From: a virus
DNA: 64,000 bases
Strand: one strand, 5' to 3'
IMG/VR virus record: IMGVR_UViG_3300025889_000073
Coordinates: 64,001-128,000 of that record
In this document: positions 18,167 to 31,100 of the stretch, piece by piece
Layout of the letters: each line of letters opens with the position of its first letter
Numbering within the stretch: position 1 is the stretch's first letter
Notes under the pieces: generated by a model
What the model was told of the DNA's origin: nothing
The model's input: the letters and a program-made list of their open reading frames with translations, nothing else
Databases searched by the model: none
Translations under genes and position numbers: made by a program

Positions 18167-21100
18167 ATGTCTATTACATACAGAGGAAATAAATTTAAAG
18201 CTCTAACACATGAAGAGCTCGATGAAAATTTTCGAGATTTGAGATATGATACTGATTTGCATAGAGTTACAAATTCTGGAAACACAACAAATGTTTCTAT
18301 AACAGTAGAATCTATTACTGCAAACACAATTACAACAACAAACACTATAATACAAGAATTGTCTTTGTTGGCCACAGACGAATTGATTTTTGCTGACGTA
18401 GACCCAAATTATTTAAAAAAATCGATTGAGATTTCTGAAAATGTTAAAATAGTTGGCCAAGAAGGTTCAATCTATGCTCCGGGAAATATTATTCAAGTCA
18501 AACAGAAAATTTATGATAAACCTTCAAGATATTATTTTGACCCAACATCCACTTACTCCTCAGATTTTCTTGGTTGGGACAAATCTAAGAGCTATCCATA
18601 TTCAGAGGTTTTTAATGACGGTGTATTAAGTTTCACTCCACATTCCACAGACTCAAATAATACTGTACAAGTAAATCTTTGTTTAAGTTATTCATTGGAT
18701 AGTAAAAAAACGTCGTATTCTGGAGAAATTGATATTGAATTATGGGATTATCCCGACTATGTGTCTGGTACTTATAAATTTATTACACATTTAGCTACAA
18801 TAAAATCTGGAACAATTTCTACCGATCCAAACAATGTTTGTGGAAATACTTTACAATCTTTAAATTTAGTATATCTCGATGAAAATATATCAAACACTAG
18901 AAATTATGTAATTAGATTTAAACCGCCCACGAGTTTTTCTCCTAATACCACCTTTCTCAATATAAATCAAACCACTCAGATGTATTATGCTTCAAACACT
19001 TTTGTTGAAACATCAAATGTGGCGGTTACAACGAGAACATGGGAACCTTACGTTGAAAGTATAGTTGGTGATGAAGAACTTATTACCAATTTTAATGATG
19101 GTAATAACCAATTAGATGTTGCTAATACCGAATCAACCACTTGGGCTTTTGAACGTGGCACAGCAAATACGCAAAGATTTGGGCCTAATTATTACACACC
19201 AGATTTTGGTGAATATGTAATTAATGGACATCCAGGAACAAAATTTGATGTGATAATGTATGACGATTTCAACGAGCCTACAATTAACACCATAAAATGG
19301 AATAGTTCATCAACAATCAATTTGGTTTCCGCAAATACTGGTGTTAGTGCAACAGGAAATACCGAAGGCTTAAGAGTTCCTGATATTAAAGCCACAAATG
19401 AAATTGTTTTATCTGTGAACGATTATTCAGATGGCCAAAATTTAATTTCACAAAGTTCTACAGATTGGGATATAGCAAATTGTAATTCTGAAATTTTTGT
19501 TTGTGAATTGGATGACGTTAATTTAGCTTTTTCTAGAAAACTTTATCCTCCGATGCAGTTTTTACCTGGTTATACTGATACATCAATACCAGCTGGTTAT
19601 AATCAAGAAGAAGAATGTTTGGCTTATGTTAATAATCGTTGGACTTTTCCAAAAAATCCTAAATCTTCAAACAACGCAATTGTTTTCCCCGGCGGCTGGG
19701 ATAATAGACTTGATAGAAAAATAGAGTTATATTCTAAATTTTTAGATTTAACTAATTATACACATATTAGTTTTTATATGATAAGAGGAACTGCTGGAAA
19801 TGGTTATTATAGGACTCGTTATTCTGGCGGTGTCACTCCATATATGCAATTAGATTTTCGAACTGCAAACAAATCTTCGTTAGGCTCGCCAGAACCTTTT
19901 ACTGGAAGTACCGGCATTTATACAAGCCGTGACGAAAAATCATTGTCAATTTCCAGTAGCAATTATGGATTACAATACTTAAATCAAAATAATATGTTTG
20001 AATGGGAAAAATATCATTTGGAAATTCCAGCAGCAGCAAGAGTTAACAATATGAGAATACATTTTGCATTTTATTACAATGATTTTTGGTTTGCTATACA
20101 AGATTTAACAGTATACAATGAAGCAAATTTAGATTCAAGCTCTTGTTACTATCTAAAAACTGACGAAAATAATTATGGAACTTGTGTTTTGGAAAGTAAT
20201 AATATAGATTTGTCAAACACATATGGTTTAACTTATTATTTTGCTTATGGAACCGATACTAATGGTGGCCGAGAGTTGAATAATAGAGGTTGTAGTGTAA
20301 TAAACTCAGAAACAATATATGATGATTTTGAAACAGGTACATTAAATTCTTCTTTGTGGGACACAGCTAATAGTGAAGGTTTTTTTGTAGCTTCTTCTGG
20401 TACAGGAACTGGAACAGGAGGGTTTATAAGTCCTTATGGAAATTATTATTTAAATACAACTGTTTGTCCAACTGGCCGCAATTACAGACTTTTGATAAGT
20501 AAACCATTAGATTTAACAAGTTACACACATTTTGGTTACACATCTATTAAAGGAAACAACACCAACGGCGGCACCACAACAACCTTTACGCATTATGCGA
20601 CATTATTAGATGAGAGATTAGACGGCCATTATAGAGGTTCCGGCTATACATATTCAAACTTTACTCAAGCCGGTGTTTGTACTACCGGCGAATCATCTAG
20701 TATAGACACATCTTATACGATTGATGACCATTTGTTCAGACAGCCTATTGGAGACGAATCGGAATATGATGGTAACATATTAGAAGCCGACAAAACGGTC
20801 GTTTGGGGTAAATCTTTGTATTTGATTCCTGAAAGTTGGAGAAAAAGTAATGTTGTTTTAATTATAGAGGTATATGACGGTAATAACGACGACGGATATT
20901 ATGCATTTGATAATATATTTTTCACCAATGATGTAACTCCATCAGCCAACATTCAAATAGAAATAGTGAATGATAATGAAACATGGAATTCAAGTAATAT
21001 TAATTTATCAACTTGGTTGCCTTTTTATTCTCATTTTGAGAATGACCCTACATACGGAACAAATCCGAACTATGTAATACCTAGATTGAGACAAACAACT

Positions 21101-22132
21101 TATAATTGGACACAGGAAAGACTTTACATACCTCCAAATTATCGAAAAGAAAACTCAAAACTTAGAATAAAGGTCCATAACGCTACAGGCGACATAGGAT
21201 TAAAAGATTTAAGATTTTATCAATTTGAAAAAAGCAATTCAAATTATTATTTACCTTTCTATAATCAGAATATTTTTTACGACCCTCAGCCGCCAAGCAG
21301 TGAGGGTTATGCAGCTTATGTTGTAGAAATACCTAAAATACTAACCAAATCTTTTTTCTCTCCAAACTTATCAAAAATCAAATTTGATGTTTTCACAGGA
21401 GGTGTTGGCGGCCGCCAATCGAACCAGATGGACAATTATTCATATATTATAAGGGCCACGGACAACCAGCGTTCATCACGTTATATATATTCACAATGGA
21501 AAACAACACCCAATACTCCACCTATGGAAAATTGGTTTTCTTCTCGACATTCGAACTTTATGTATGACTCAAAAATTAATTATTACAACGGTCTTTCACC
21601 GTCCGACACCTATCTAACTGGCACTTCATTTTATTTAAATGTCAAAATACATTATTCGATGACTGGAAATGATGGGGATTGGTTTGTTCATGATATTGGT
21701 TCAAAAGAAATTGTAAGAGGTGACAACCCTCAATACGGGTATTATGCTAATTATAAAAGATTGGCTACTTCTTTAGGACAACAAATAGAAATTGAAATTC
21801 CTGGTGATGCAGCACAATCTAATTATAAAAAACTCGAAATGTGGATTACTGCTAGTTATGACTACTCATCATACGCCACATATGAAGGAAAACGAATAAC
21901 AACATTATCTTACGAAGGTGACCCAGAAAGTCAAACTGACCCAGATATAGCTCATAAATTTTTACCTAGAGCAACTGTTGCTATAACTAAAGTGGTTGGA
22001 TTTGATGGTAACATAATGAATCAGCCAATTGATATTACGGAATATGTTGTTGAAGGATATACAGTTTTTAATGATACGAATCAATCAAATCCACAATCAT
22101 CTTTGACTGCATTTGAAATCGTTAAGGACTGA
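18167..22132 (+). CDS. Tail-fibre/adhesin-like protein with several reelin-like beta-sandwich domains
   Basis: Same LTHEELDENFRDLRYDT anchor; repeated LDLT.Y..(I/F).Y..(R/K)G..NG ... W....IP...R ... (FA/GL).D units. Confidence 0.65.
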   Translation: MSITYRGNKFKALTHEELDENFRDLRYDTDLHRVTNSGNTTNVSITVESITANTITTTNTIIQELSLLATDELIFADVDPNYLKKSIEISENVKIVGQEGSIYAPGNIIQVKQKIYDKPSRYYFDPTSTYSSDFLGWDKSKSYPYSEVFNDGVLSFTPHSTDSNNTVQVNLCLSYSLDSKKTSYSGEIDIELWDYPDYVSGTYKFITHLATIKSGTISTDPNNVCGNTLQSLNLVYLDENISNTRNYVIRFKPPTSFSPNTTFLNINQTTQMYYASNTFVETSNVAVTTRTWEPYVESIVGDEELITNFNDGNNQLDVANTESTTWAFERGTANTQRFGPNYYTPDFGEYVINGHPGTKFDVIMYDDFNEPTINTIKWNSSSTINLVSANTGVSATGNTEGLRVPDIKATNEIVLSVNDYSDGQNLISQSSTDWDIANCNSEIFVCELDDVNLAFSRKLYPPMQFLPGYTDTSIPAGYNQEEECLAYVNNRWTFPKNPKSSNNAIVFPGGWDNRLDRKIELYSKFLDLTNYTHISFYMIRGTAGNGYYRTRYSGGVTPYMQLDFRTANKSSLGSPEPFTGSTGIYTSRDEKSLSISSSNYGLQYLNQNNMFEWEKYHLEIPAAARVNNMRIHFAFYYNDFWFAIQDLTVYNEANLDSSSCYYLKTDENNYGTCVLESNNIDLSNTYGLTYYFAYGTDTNGGRELNNRGCSVINSETIYDDFETGTLNSSLWDTANSEGFFVASSGTGTGTGGFISPYGNYYLNTTVCPTGRNYRLLISKPLDLTSYTHFGYTSIKGNNTNGGTTTTFTHYATLLDERLDGHYRGSGYTYSNFTQAGVCTTGESSSIDTSYTIDDHLFRQPIGDESEYDGNILEADKTVVWGKSLYLIPESWRKSNVVLIIEVYDGNNDDGYYAFDNIFFTNDVTPSANIQIEIVNDNETWNSSNINLSTWLPFYSHFENDPTYGTNPNYVIPRLRQTTYNWTQERLYIPPNYRKENSKLRIKVHNATGDIGLKDLRFYQFEKSNSNYYLPFYNQNIFYDPQPPSSEGYAAYVVEIPKILTKSFFSPNLSKIKFDVFTGGVGGRQSNQMDNYSYIIRATDNQRSSRYIYSQWKTTPNTPPMENWFSSRHSNFMYDSKINYYNGLSPSDTYLTGTSFYLNVKIHYSMTGNDGDWFVHDIGSKEIVRGDNPQYGYYANYKRLATSLGQQIEIEIPGDAAQSNYKKLEMWITASYDYSSYATYEGKRITTLSYEGDPESQTDPDIAHKFLPRATVAITKVVGFDGNIMNQPIDITEYVVEGYTVFNDTNQSNPQSSLTAFEIVKD

Positions 22133-22133
22133 C

Positions 22134-22141
22134 TATAAATA
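22134..22141 (+). promoter_or_regulatory. T4 late promoter TATAAATA
   Basis: Perfect consensus, 6 nt before ATG 22148. Confidence 0.75.
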
Positions 22142-22147
22142 AATTTT

Positions 22148-25100
22148 ATGGTAACCAGAAGAAATACTAAAAATTCTCCACTAACTCACGAAGAACTCGA
22201 TGAAAATTTTCGAGAGCTTAGGTATGACACATCTTTACAAAGAGTTTTAGAAAATGGAAATACAACAAGTAATTCTATAGAATTGGAGAATCTTTCTGGT
22301 ATAACAAATGCAGAATTATATACAACACAAACAAACACTTTTAACGCAATAATAATTTCCCAAAATACATACACTACTTTACCAACAGCAAATGTAGATG
22401 AAGTGTTTGCTGGAACCGACCACTCCTATTTAATTGATGAGGTAGGAACTGTATATCAATTTGGAGATTTTAGGAATCAAGCAATAACATATGAGGGATT
22501 TGTTAATCCACAAGAAATATATACTGAAACTATTACAACAGAAATTTCTGCTGGAACAAAAGATATTATTGAAACTATTACTGATGGAATCTTTTATTTT
22601 AGTAGTGGAACAGGAACAGGACCAAATGGAGGTTTTAAAACACAAGATAATTTGAAATACTTATCTTTTACAGGTTCTTCTGATTCATTTGCTCCAGGAA
22701 ATACTAGAGTTTTAACGTCAAAAACATTAGACTTAACAACTTCAACTTTTGTCACAATAAATGCTATAAAAGGAAGTTTAGATAACGGCGGCCATGGAAA
22801 TTATTGGAATACTGTGCTTCCAGTTCTTATTGATGAACTTACTGATTTTCGTAACGAATCTTTAGATAACTTTGAATTGTTTTTACAATTTAGTGATGAT
22901 GATGGTTCATCTTGGACATATTCCGAAAAAATTAATGTAAACTTTGATTGGGATGACCATACAGTTTTTATACCAGAAAGGTATAAAACATCTCAATCAA
23001 AAATTAGAATAATACAAGCTCATATACTAAATCAATATTATCAACATTCTTTTTATAGAGACGTTAGTTTTAATTCTTTATATTATTTTTCAGATGGTTA
23101 TTACAAATACTTTCCGGAAAATGTTGGTAATCAATGGACAGAAGTTCCTTCTTTTGGTGTAAAATCAATTAAAATTTATGAAAATATTTCTAAGGGATAT
23201 TTAACATTTAGTGATAATGTTTTTTCTTACAAAAAAACTAAGATTGGCAATGGCTTTACTGTAGCTTTGAGAAGTGATGGTTTGGTGTTTTATTGGGGAG
23301 ATTTGTATCCAGTAACTCTAAATTCAAACACCTTAGTTGAACCTACACAATTACCCATAAATGGTTCATATGATAAAAAATTCATAGACCTTGCTGTTGG
23401 CAACGAATCAATATATTTAATTGATGAAAATAAACATTTGTGGGTTTTAGGAAACAATGATTTTGGTCAATTAGGTATTAATAATACGACACATCAATCC
23501 AATGAATTTATTGAACTCGATGGTATATGGGATAGTATCTATGCTTCAAGAAATTTTGTTTTTGGTATTAGAGATAAAGAATACACACTTTGGTCTTGGG
23601 GTCAAAATGATTGGGGGCAATTAGGAACAGGAAATAGATTGAATGTTTCTTCACCCGTTTTGATTAATGGTCCGAGAGAATGGGATAAAGTTTTTTTGGG
23701 ATATGATTCTTCTTATGCTAAGGAAAAAAATGGAACATTGTGGTTCTTTGGAAATGACACAAAAACTAAAAGTGGTATAACAACAGAATCTTTAAACGCT
23801 CAATATAGAATAAATGATGATAGGAAAAAAAATGAGGGATTAAAAAAAGTTGTAAGTACAAATGATGAACACTCTTTTGGTATTTCAAATAATAATATTT
23901 TATATAGATTGACAACTAGAGATGCGAATACATCAGGTATAAGAAACAAATCAACAATATTCACCACTAATAATTATGAAGATTATGACCAATTCCCTTG
24001 GCAAGTCTATGACAACAAACAATACATAGAACTTTTTGATGGGCACCAGCCTACTAGAAGGGAATGGATAGTTGACTATTACTTGAGTACTTTAGGTAAT
24101 AGTGATTGTTATCCTGAGTATGTTAATTATGCGATTGATATTGATAAAAAACTTTATGCTATAGAATCACACTATTCAAATGCTAGAGCGGGAATAATAA
24201 CATCTCCAATTGGTCTTAACTGGAATGAATATTTTTCAACACCAGTTCAAGTTACCTCTCCAGGAAGTGATTTGTGGAAAACAGGTACTGTTGGTAATTG
24301 GACTAATTTTGGTATTAAAGATGACGGAACTCTTTGGACATGGGGAAAGTCAGCAGCTTATTATAACAATTTTGGTGACCCCGAACATATATGGAATGGT
24401 CCCGAACCAATAAGTTCCTTCAGTAATTATAGAGTTCGCTTTGCTTATATTTCTTCACCCGTTTTAATTGATTCGGGAAATTGGAAAAGTATTTTTACAG
24501 GACACCACAGATATAATAATGAAAATTTAGGATACAGTAGACATTTTTATGGAGCACAAACAACTTTAGCTATTAAAGAAGATGATAAAACACTTTGGGG
24601 TTGGGGAAGAAATAGAATAAATGCTTTATTTCAATCAAATGACCCGATTATAATTAAAGATATATCTCAGACCAACAAAATAATTGCCGTTGATTCTTGG
24701 GGTACGGCTGGGGCTGCAAACACCGGGATTAACGGGGGACCTTATAACAATACAGCTCCTTCACTTTGGTCTAGTTGGGACAGAGGAGGTTTTGTTATAG
24801 ATTCCAAGAAAAAGTTGTTTGGTTGGGGTGCTGGTCATAAAATTACTCCTTCTGAACCGATTGGAGCTCCAGGCGCATTATTTTTTGTTGTGGACCAACA
24901 GTACGCCAGACAAATTGAGGAATATGATTGGATTGATTTTATGGCTTCCGGTTCTGAACAAATCAATACTTCATTTCCACAACAACAAGCAATTGCTACG
25001 AGTACAGGCACTTATTTAGGATATAAAGGTCAAGGTCTAAGATTAGGAATCACAGCTGAAGGTGAAATGTATGGTTGGGGTTACAATTTATATGGCGGAG

Positions 25101-28100
25101 CTGCAGGGTTCGGGGTCGGTAATTATCTGTCTAGAGCTGTTCGAGTAAGAGAATATGCAAATACCAGTATTTACGACATAAAATGGGCCAAGGTTAGTAA
25201 TTCTAAAAGTAATTTTGAACATAATGCAGCAATTGACCAAAATGGTAGTTTGTATATTTGGGGCCGAGGAACAAATTATAAACTTGGAACAGGATCCACA
25301 GCTTCAATTAATTATGTAACAGCTAATAAACATGAAAGAGGAACAAATTGGTTCTGGGGACAAGTCTCTTGTGGTAGAGAATGTACAGCTGCAATAAGAA
25401 ATGATGGAACATTATGGTTCACTGGAGAAATTTCTGGTAGTTGGAAACCAAGCACTTTCACTCAAGTTGGTACAGATAGTGATTGGATTTATGTTGTTTG
25501 TGGTTATAAGACAATTTTGGCTCAAAAATCCAATGGCCAAGTATACTCATTTGGTTGGGGTAATCAAGTAGCATCTGGATTAGTAGATTATAATACACAT
25601 AGATTGAGGACATCTGAACCAAGTGGTGCTCAAGAAGGTGAATTGATAGGATACAAATTCTTAGAACCTTCTGGAACACAAACGACTTTAGACGATGTTG
25701 ATTCTGGAACAATCAATTCTTCAGTTTCGGACACAACAGGTTCAAACACCACACTAACACCAGTAACTTCAGGAACAGGAACAGGTTCAACTGGCGGTTT
25801 TGTTGCATCTTTTTCAGGAAATTACCATTACAAATTTACTGGAACTGGTGATAGAAAAATGCAGAGTGTTCCTTTAGATTTGACAGGAAAAAAATCAATT
25901 TCATTTGATTATATTGTTGGTTTAAACACCAATGGAGCAGGAGAAACTTCACTACCTTCTCCATACGAGTACAGTAGTATAACTTCCAGTAACGGTATAA
26001 ATGTATTATTCTCTACTGATTCTGGGGTTTCATGGCAAGATTCTACTGGTAGTTACCCAGGCCAATTAATAGGATATAAAATAAATTTATTTCACTCTTT
26101 CTCTAGTGCTTGGAGAACTATTGCTGTAGAAATTCCTGCTTCAGCTCAAACAAGTGGAGTTTTAGTTAAAATATATGATGGTAGAACTTATGGTGCAGGT
26201 GAAGAAGGCATAAACGAATATGGTATTGATAATTTTAAATTAAATACTGATTTTAATTACACAACAATACCGTTTGTATTTAAAGACTTTTCAATTGATA
26301 TAGGTTCAAATACAGCTTCAGGCATTTTAACTACTGATGATTTAGAATTTTATAATTCATCAATCACAACAGCAAATACTAATGTAGCCACAATATGGGG
26401 TAGAATACACGACGAATATCTTTACAACACCTATAGAGGTTCTAACGTATATGTTCCTTCTAGAATACAGTTAAATGATGTGGAAAATTTTTCTGTTGCT
26501 AAAATACAATCTTTGTTTAGATTTGCAAATAATAAAACATATACTTTAGTAACAAATACCGCAAGGCCATATGAAACCAATCCTTGGACAAATTACCACA
26601 TCAATACGGAATTTAAAAAAATTGATGTTGAGCAAATTGATTATATTTCACAAATTTCAGAAGATAGATGGCAAAAAGCTGAATTTGTTCGTAATATGGT
26701 TATTGGATTGAAAGAAGATGGGACTCTTTGGTCTTGGGGATGGAATGATAATGGTAAAGCGGGTAATGGTTCTGCACCAGGATTAGGTCCTAGTCCAACT
26801 CCAAATCAAATGGTTCAGGTCAACAGTTTAGAAACACAAAATTTAAAATGGACCGATTTCACAAGTTCAGCAAATACTGTACACGGAATAACAGAAGATA
26901 ACAGATTGTGGAATTGGGGAACAAATGGAAGTTTCGAAGAATTTGGAGATGGAAACACCAGTACAACTTTAACTCATCTTCAGCCAATACAAATTGGCGG
27001 TTATCAGTCAGAATATGATTGGTATAAAGTTTCTGGACACAATAATTCTAGAATAGCACTAAAAAAGGATGGAAGTGCTTGGCATTGGGGCCGTGAAGAT
27101 AATGTTGTTACTTCTGTTTCTTCTTCTCTTATAAGTGTCTACAACAATAATATAACCTCTTGGTCAAATACAGTTAATACTTATCCTTACTTTGGATTAT
27201 ATGACGAAGCTGTAACTTATACATATACTTCGGGCCCGCTTGGCTCAATATTAACTGTCGACAGTGTAGATGACCATTGGTACAATAATGCAAATGTTAA
27301 TTTTTATCAAATACCCAGTTCAAACATATATGCTGTTAGTGCAAATTATGGTATTGAGCCTCCAGGAGGTACAGCACACGTTACGGATTATAAATGGAGA
27401 ATTCATAGTTATGAACCTGGTCATACATTAAATTATTCTCCTGCTTCAAATAATACTGGCGCTTTAAATAATATGGGACCAATGAATCGTCCTGGTTCAA
27501 ATTATCATTTGGTTTGTACTGGTAAACCAGAATACAAATATGCATCGAGTTATCCACATACTGGTGAAAATTACATTTTATTTGAACCCAAAGATAAACT
27601 ATCGAGAATTTCTTTTAGTATGATTAAAGGAAATAATTATAATGGTTTGGGAGCTACCTTACAGCAAGGAGGAACTGGTACAAAATTTTTATCTTTAGAG
27701 GTTTTAGAAGGATATTCTCAATATAGTTCAAATGATTATGGCCAAGTTGGCAACGCATTTAGAATGGCAAATAATGACCCTTGGATTTGGCCTCGGGCAG
27801 CAAATAATATAAGCATACAAACAGTTCAATATGAATCATTAGAATTTCATAACTTGGATGACCCAGAATGGTGGGAATTTGCAAATATACAAATGGATAC
27901 TATCACCACTCCAGGCCAAAATGAAACTTGGCAAGATTATGGACCTTTTTTTGTTGGAAGTTATAATTCAGGCGGAATGCAAACTTGGATTAGAATGAGA
28001 TACATTTCAACGGAAGATGATAGTAGTCAAGAAGAATATTATAGTTATAATAATTTTGCTATAGACAATGTAAATTTTACTTGGCTTAATGATTCGGTTT

Positions 28101-31100
28101 ATCCTATCCAATTGGTAGACTATAACTTTGAACAATTTGAAGTTGTTACTTGGAACAATGTAGCTTCTTGGAGTAATACTACTACTTCTTTTTACGGCCA
28201 GTCATCATCTCAAACAGAATCACCAATATTATTAGATTTTGGTTGGGAGTCTTTTGAATTTCCTACTTTGGTGGATAATGCAGGCGTACCTTATTTTAAA
28301 TTCAATGAAATAACTCCTTCAGAAGGCAATATTTACACTAGAGATAGTTTTGGTGCAAACGTATCCGCTACTAATAATGGTCTTATGGTTTTTGAAGATG
28401 ATACTAATAGAATTTATCGTTATAGTTTGAGTCCATTTTATTATCACGGTTATGTGAGTTTAGGTAGTACAACCGCCGAATTTGGAAGAATTGATTCCGC
28501 AGGTTCTATTTCTGCTGTTAGAAGTTCATTAGGTAATGTGCAACTTTATAATAATGAAACCGGACAACTTTACACTACTTTAAATTATTTGGAGTTTGGC
28601 AATTCATCATATAATACTTTTGGAAAAGATGTTGCCGTTTATGATCAATATGTAGCTATTATTGATACTAGATATGTTTATGTTTATCATGTTGGTAGTT
28701 TACAAAAGGTTTGTCAATATTATTTTGCATCAACAGTTAATAAAGTTGATATTCATGGTGAACATTTAGTTGTCGGTGTAGGAAGTAATGTTTATGTTTT
28801 TAAATTTTTAAATTATTTAAATGAACAAGGTCAAATTAACCCTGGATTTCAGTACTCTTATAATTTATCAATACCATCTACTTCCCAAACAATAAGAATT
28901 AATGATAATTATATTGCAATTTCTTATAATACTTTTTATGGTCCAACAATAAGAGTTTATCCGATAATTACTAATTCTCCTTTTGTTATTGGTAATTATT
29001 TTGAATTTCCTTGGAATGATTATTATGAATCAGGTTATAGTCCTATTTCAAACCGTAGTTTCGGTCTTGCTATGGAATTATCGGACAAAAATATATTAGT
29101 AACTTCTGAACCTAGAGCTGTAAATTATTCAAATACTGCTGTAGGTGTTGTTTTAGTATATGATTTAGACATAAGAAAGTTTTCTTATGCTATAGAAAAT
29201 CCAAATCCTCCGGAAGGATTTAATGTCCCTCAATCGGACGTATTTGGTTCATCAGCAGATTTTTTTGGAAAATCTTTATCAATTAATCCAGAAGGAACAC
29301 AATTAATAATTGGCGCACCGGTCGATAATTATTATTCCGTTAATAAGGTTGGTAAAGTTTATGTTTATAGATTAGGCTCTCAATATAATGATAAAAACTG
29401 GATTGACATTTCTTCCGGTATGAGCAACGGATTAGCTGTTAAAAATGATGGAACATTATGGGGTTGGGGAGAAAATAAAGACGTAAGAATTCTTTTAGAC
29501 GAATTCGAATTAAATGATGCATCTACACCTGTTCAATTGTCTTCTTCTGGAGCTACTGATATAGCAATTGGAGATAAACATTTAGGTTATTTAAAGGGAT
29601 CATTATATGTCTGGGGTGAAAATGATTGGGGACAATTAGGAACAGGAACTACATATTCAACTTCCACTCCAACAAGCATAGGTGTCGGTTTTGAAAAAAT
29701 ATTTTTTGGCCAAGATAGGTCTTTTGGAGTTAAAACTGATGGAACACTATGGGCTTGGGGTAGAAATACATATAGAGAATTGGGAATAGGTTCCGGAACT
29801 TTACCAGTTTCTAGTCCTGTTCAAGCTGGTTCAACAATTGGATGGAAATACGTTGATGCTAAAGCTCCAAGATTAACTGTAGGTGTTGATTCGAACAATC
29901 AAGTCCGTAAATGGGGCCAGTATATAAGTGGGCCGCCTCCATATACGACACCAATTACTAGCGCTCCAACTTTAGATAGTGATTTTGGTACAAATATAGA
30001 AAAAGTTGCGGTTGTACCAAAACCTCAGGCTAATACAATAATATTTGCTTTAGACACTTCGGGAAATTTATTTGCTAAAGGAACAAATAGCGAAAGATAT
30101 TTTGGTTTTTGGGAAAAAAATTATGACATAGCTCAAATAAATTCTGGAAACCATCTTTTTTACGGACATTCTACTGATTTTTTTATTGATTCATCTGGAA
30201 ATTTATTTGCTTGGGGTAGTAATGATTCTCACGGATTAGCAATTGGTTCCAGTGATGAGACTTTATATTACAGTACACCCGTTCAAGTTGGTTCAGGTTT
30301 TAAAACCGTAGCTTCAGCTCCAAGCACAACTCATCTTTATTCGTCATATGACAATTCAACATTTTGTCCTTGGAATTCTGCAAATAGAAACAAAGACGGA
30401 AAAAATATAATAAATCCCACTACAGGAGTTAAATTTTTACCTGGTTCTCAAACATTTTACGGTATATCTGATGTCGGACATTTAATGGTCTGGGGTAGTT
30501 GTAAAGGATTTAATGCTCAGGGAACCAACATTTATAGTAACGTATATTCTTCTCCTACAATATTAGACAACACACATAATTGGACTCAAGCGAGTTTAGG
30601 AACAAATCTTTTTGCCGCTATTGATTCAAACGGTTATTTGTTTTTAAGAGGTGACAATTATTGGTATGATGTTCCTGGCTGGTGGGGTTATTACATGAGA
30701 GATACTATTGGTAGACCTTGGCCACCTTTAAAAGATTTGAAACAACATTACAGAGACCATTATGGATTAAGTTCTAGTACGGTTGTACATTTAAACGATT
30801 TATTATTCCACCATACACCTGAAGATACCCTTCCTGTAAATGTTTATTGGGGTTATAATTTTAACAAATCTTCTTTCACACAGATAGGGACAGATACGTG
30901 GCAAAAATGTTTTGTTTCTTATAACTACCCTAGAATTCCATTAAATTATAATCTTACAGGTAGTTTTTTTGGTATATTCGCCAACGGTGGAGATGATTAT
31001 GTTGACGAAAATACTTTTGTTCCTTCTGATGATATTTTTAATACATTTGGTGGAAAATTATATTTTAATAATCTTTTTGCAATAAAGAGTGACGGTACTC

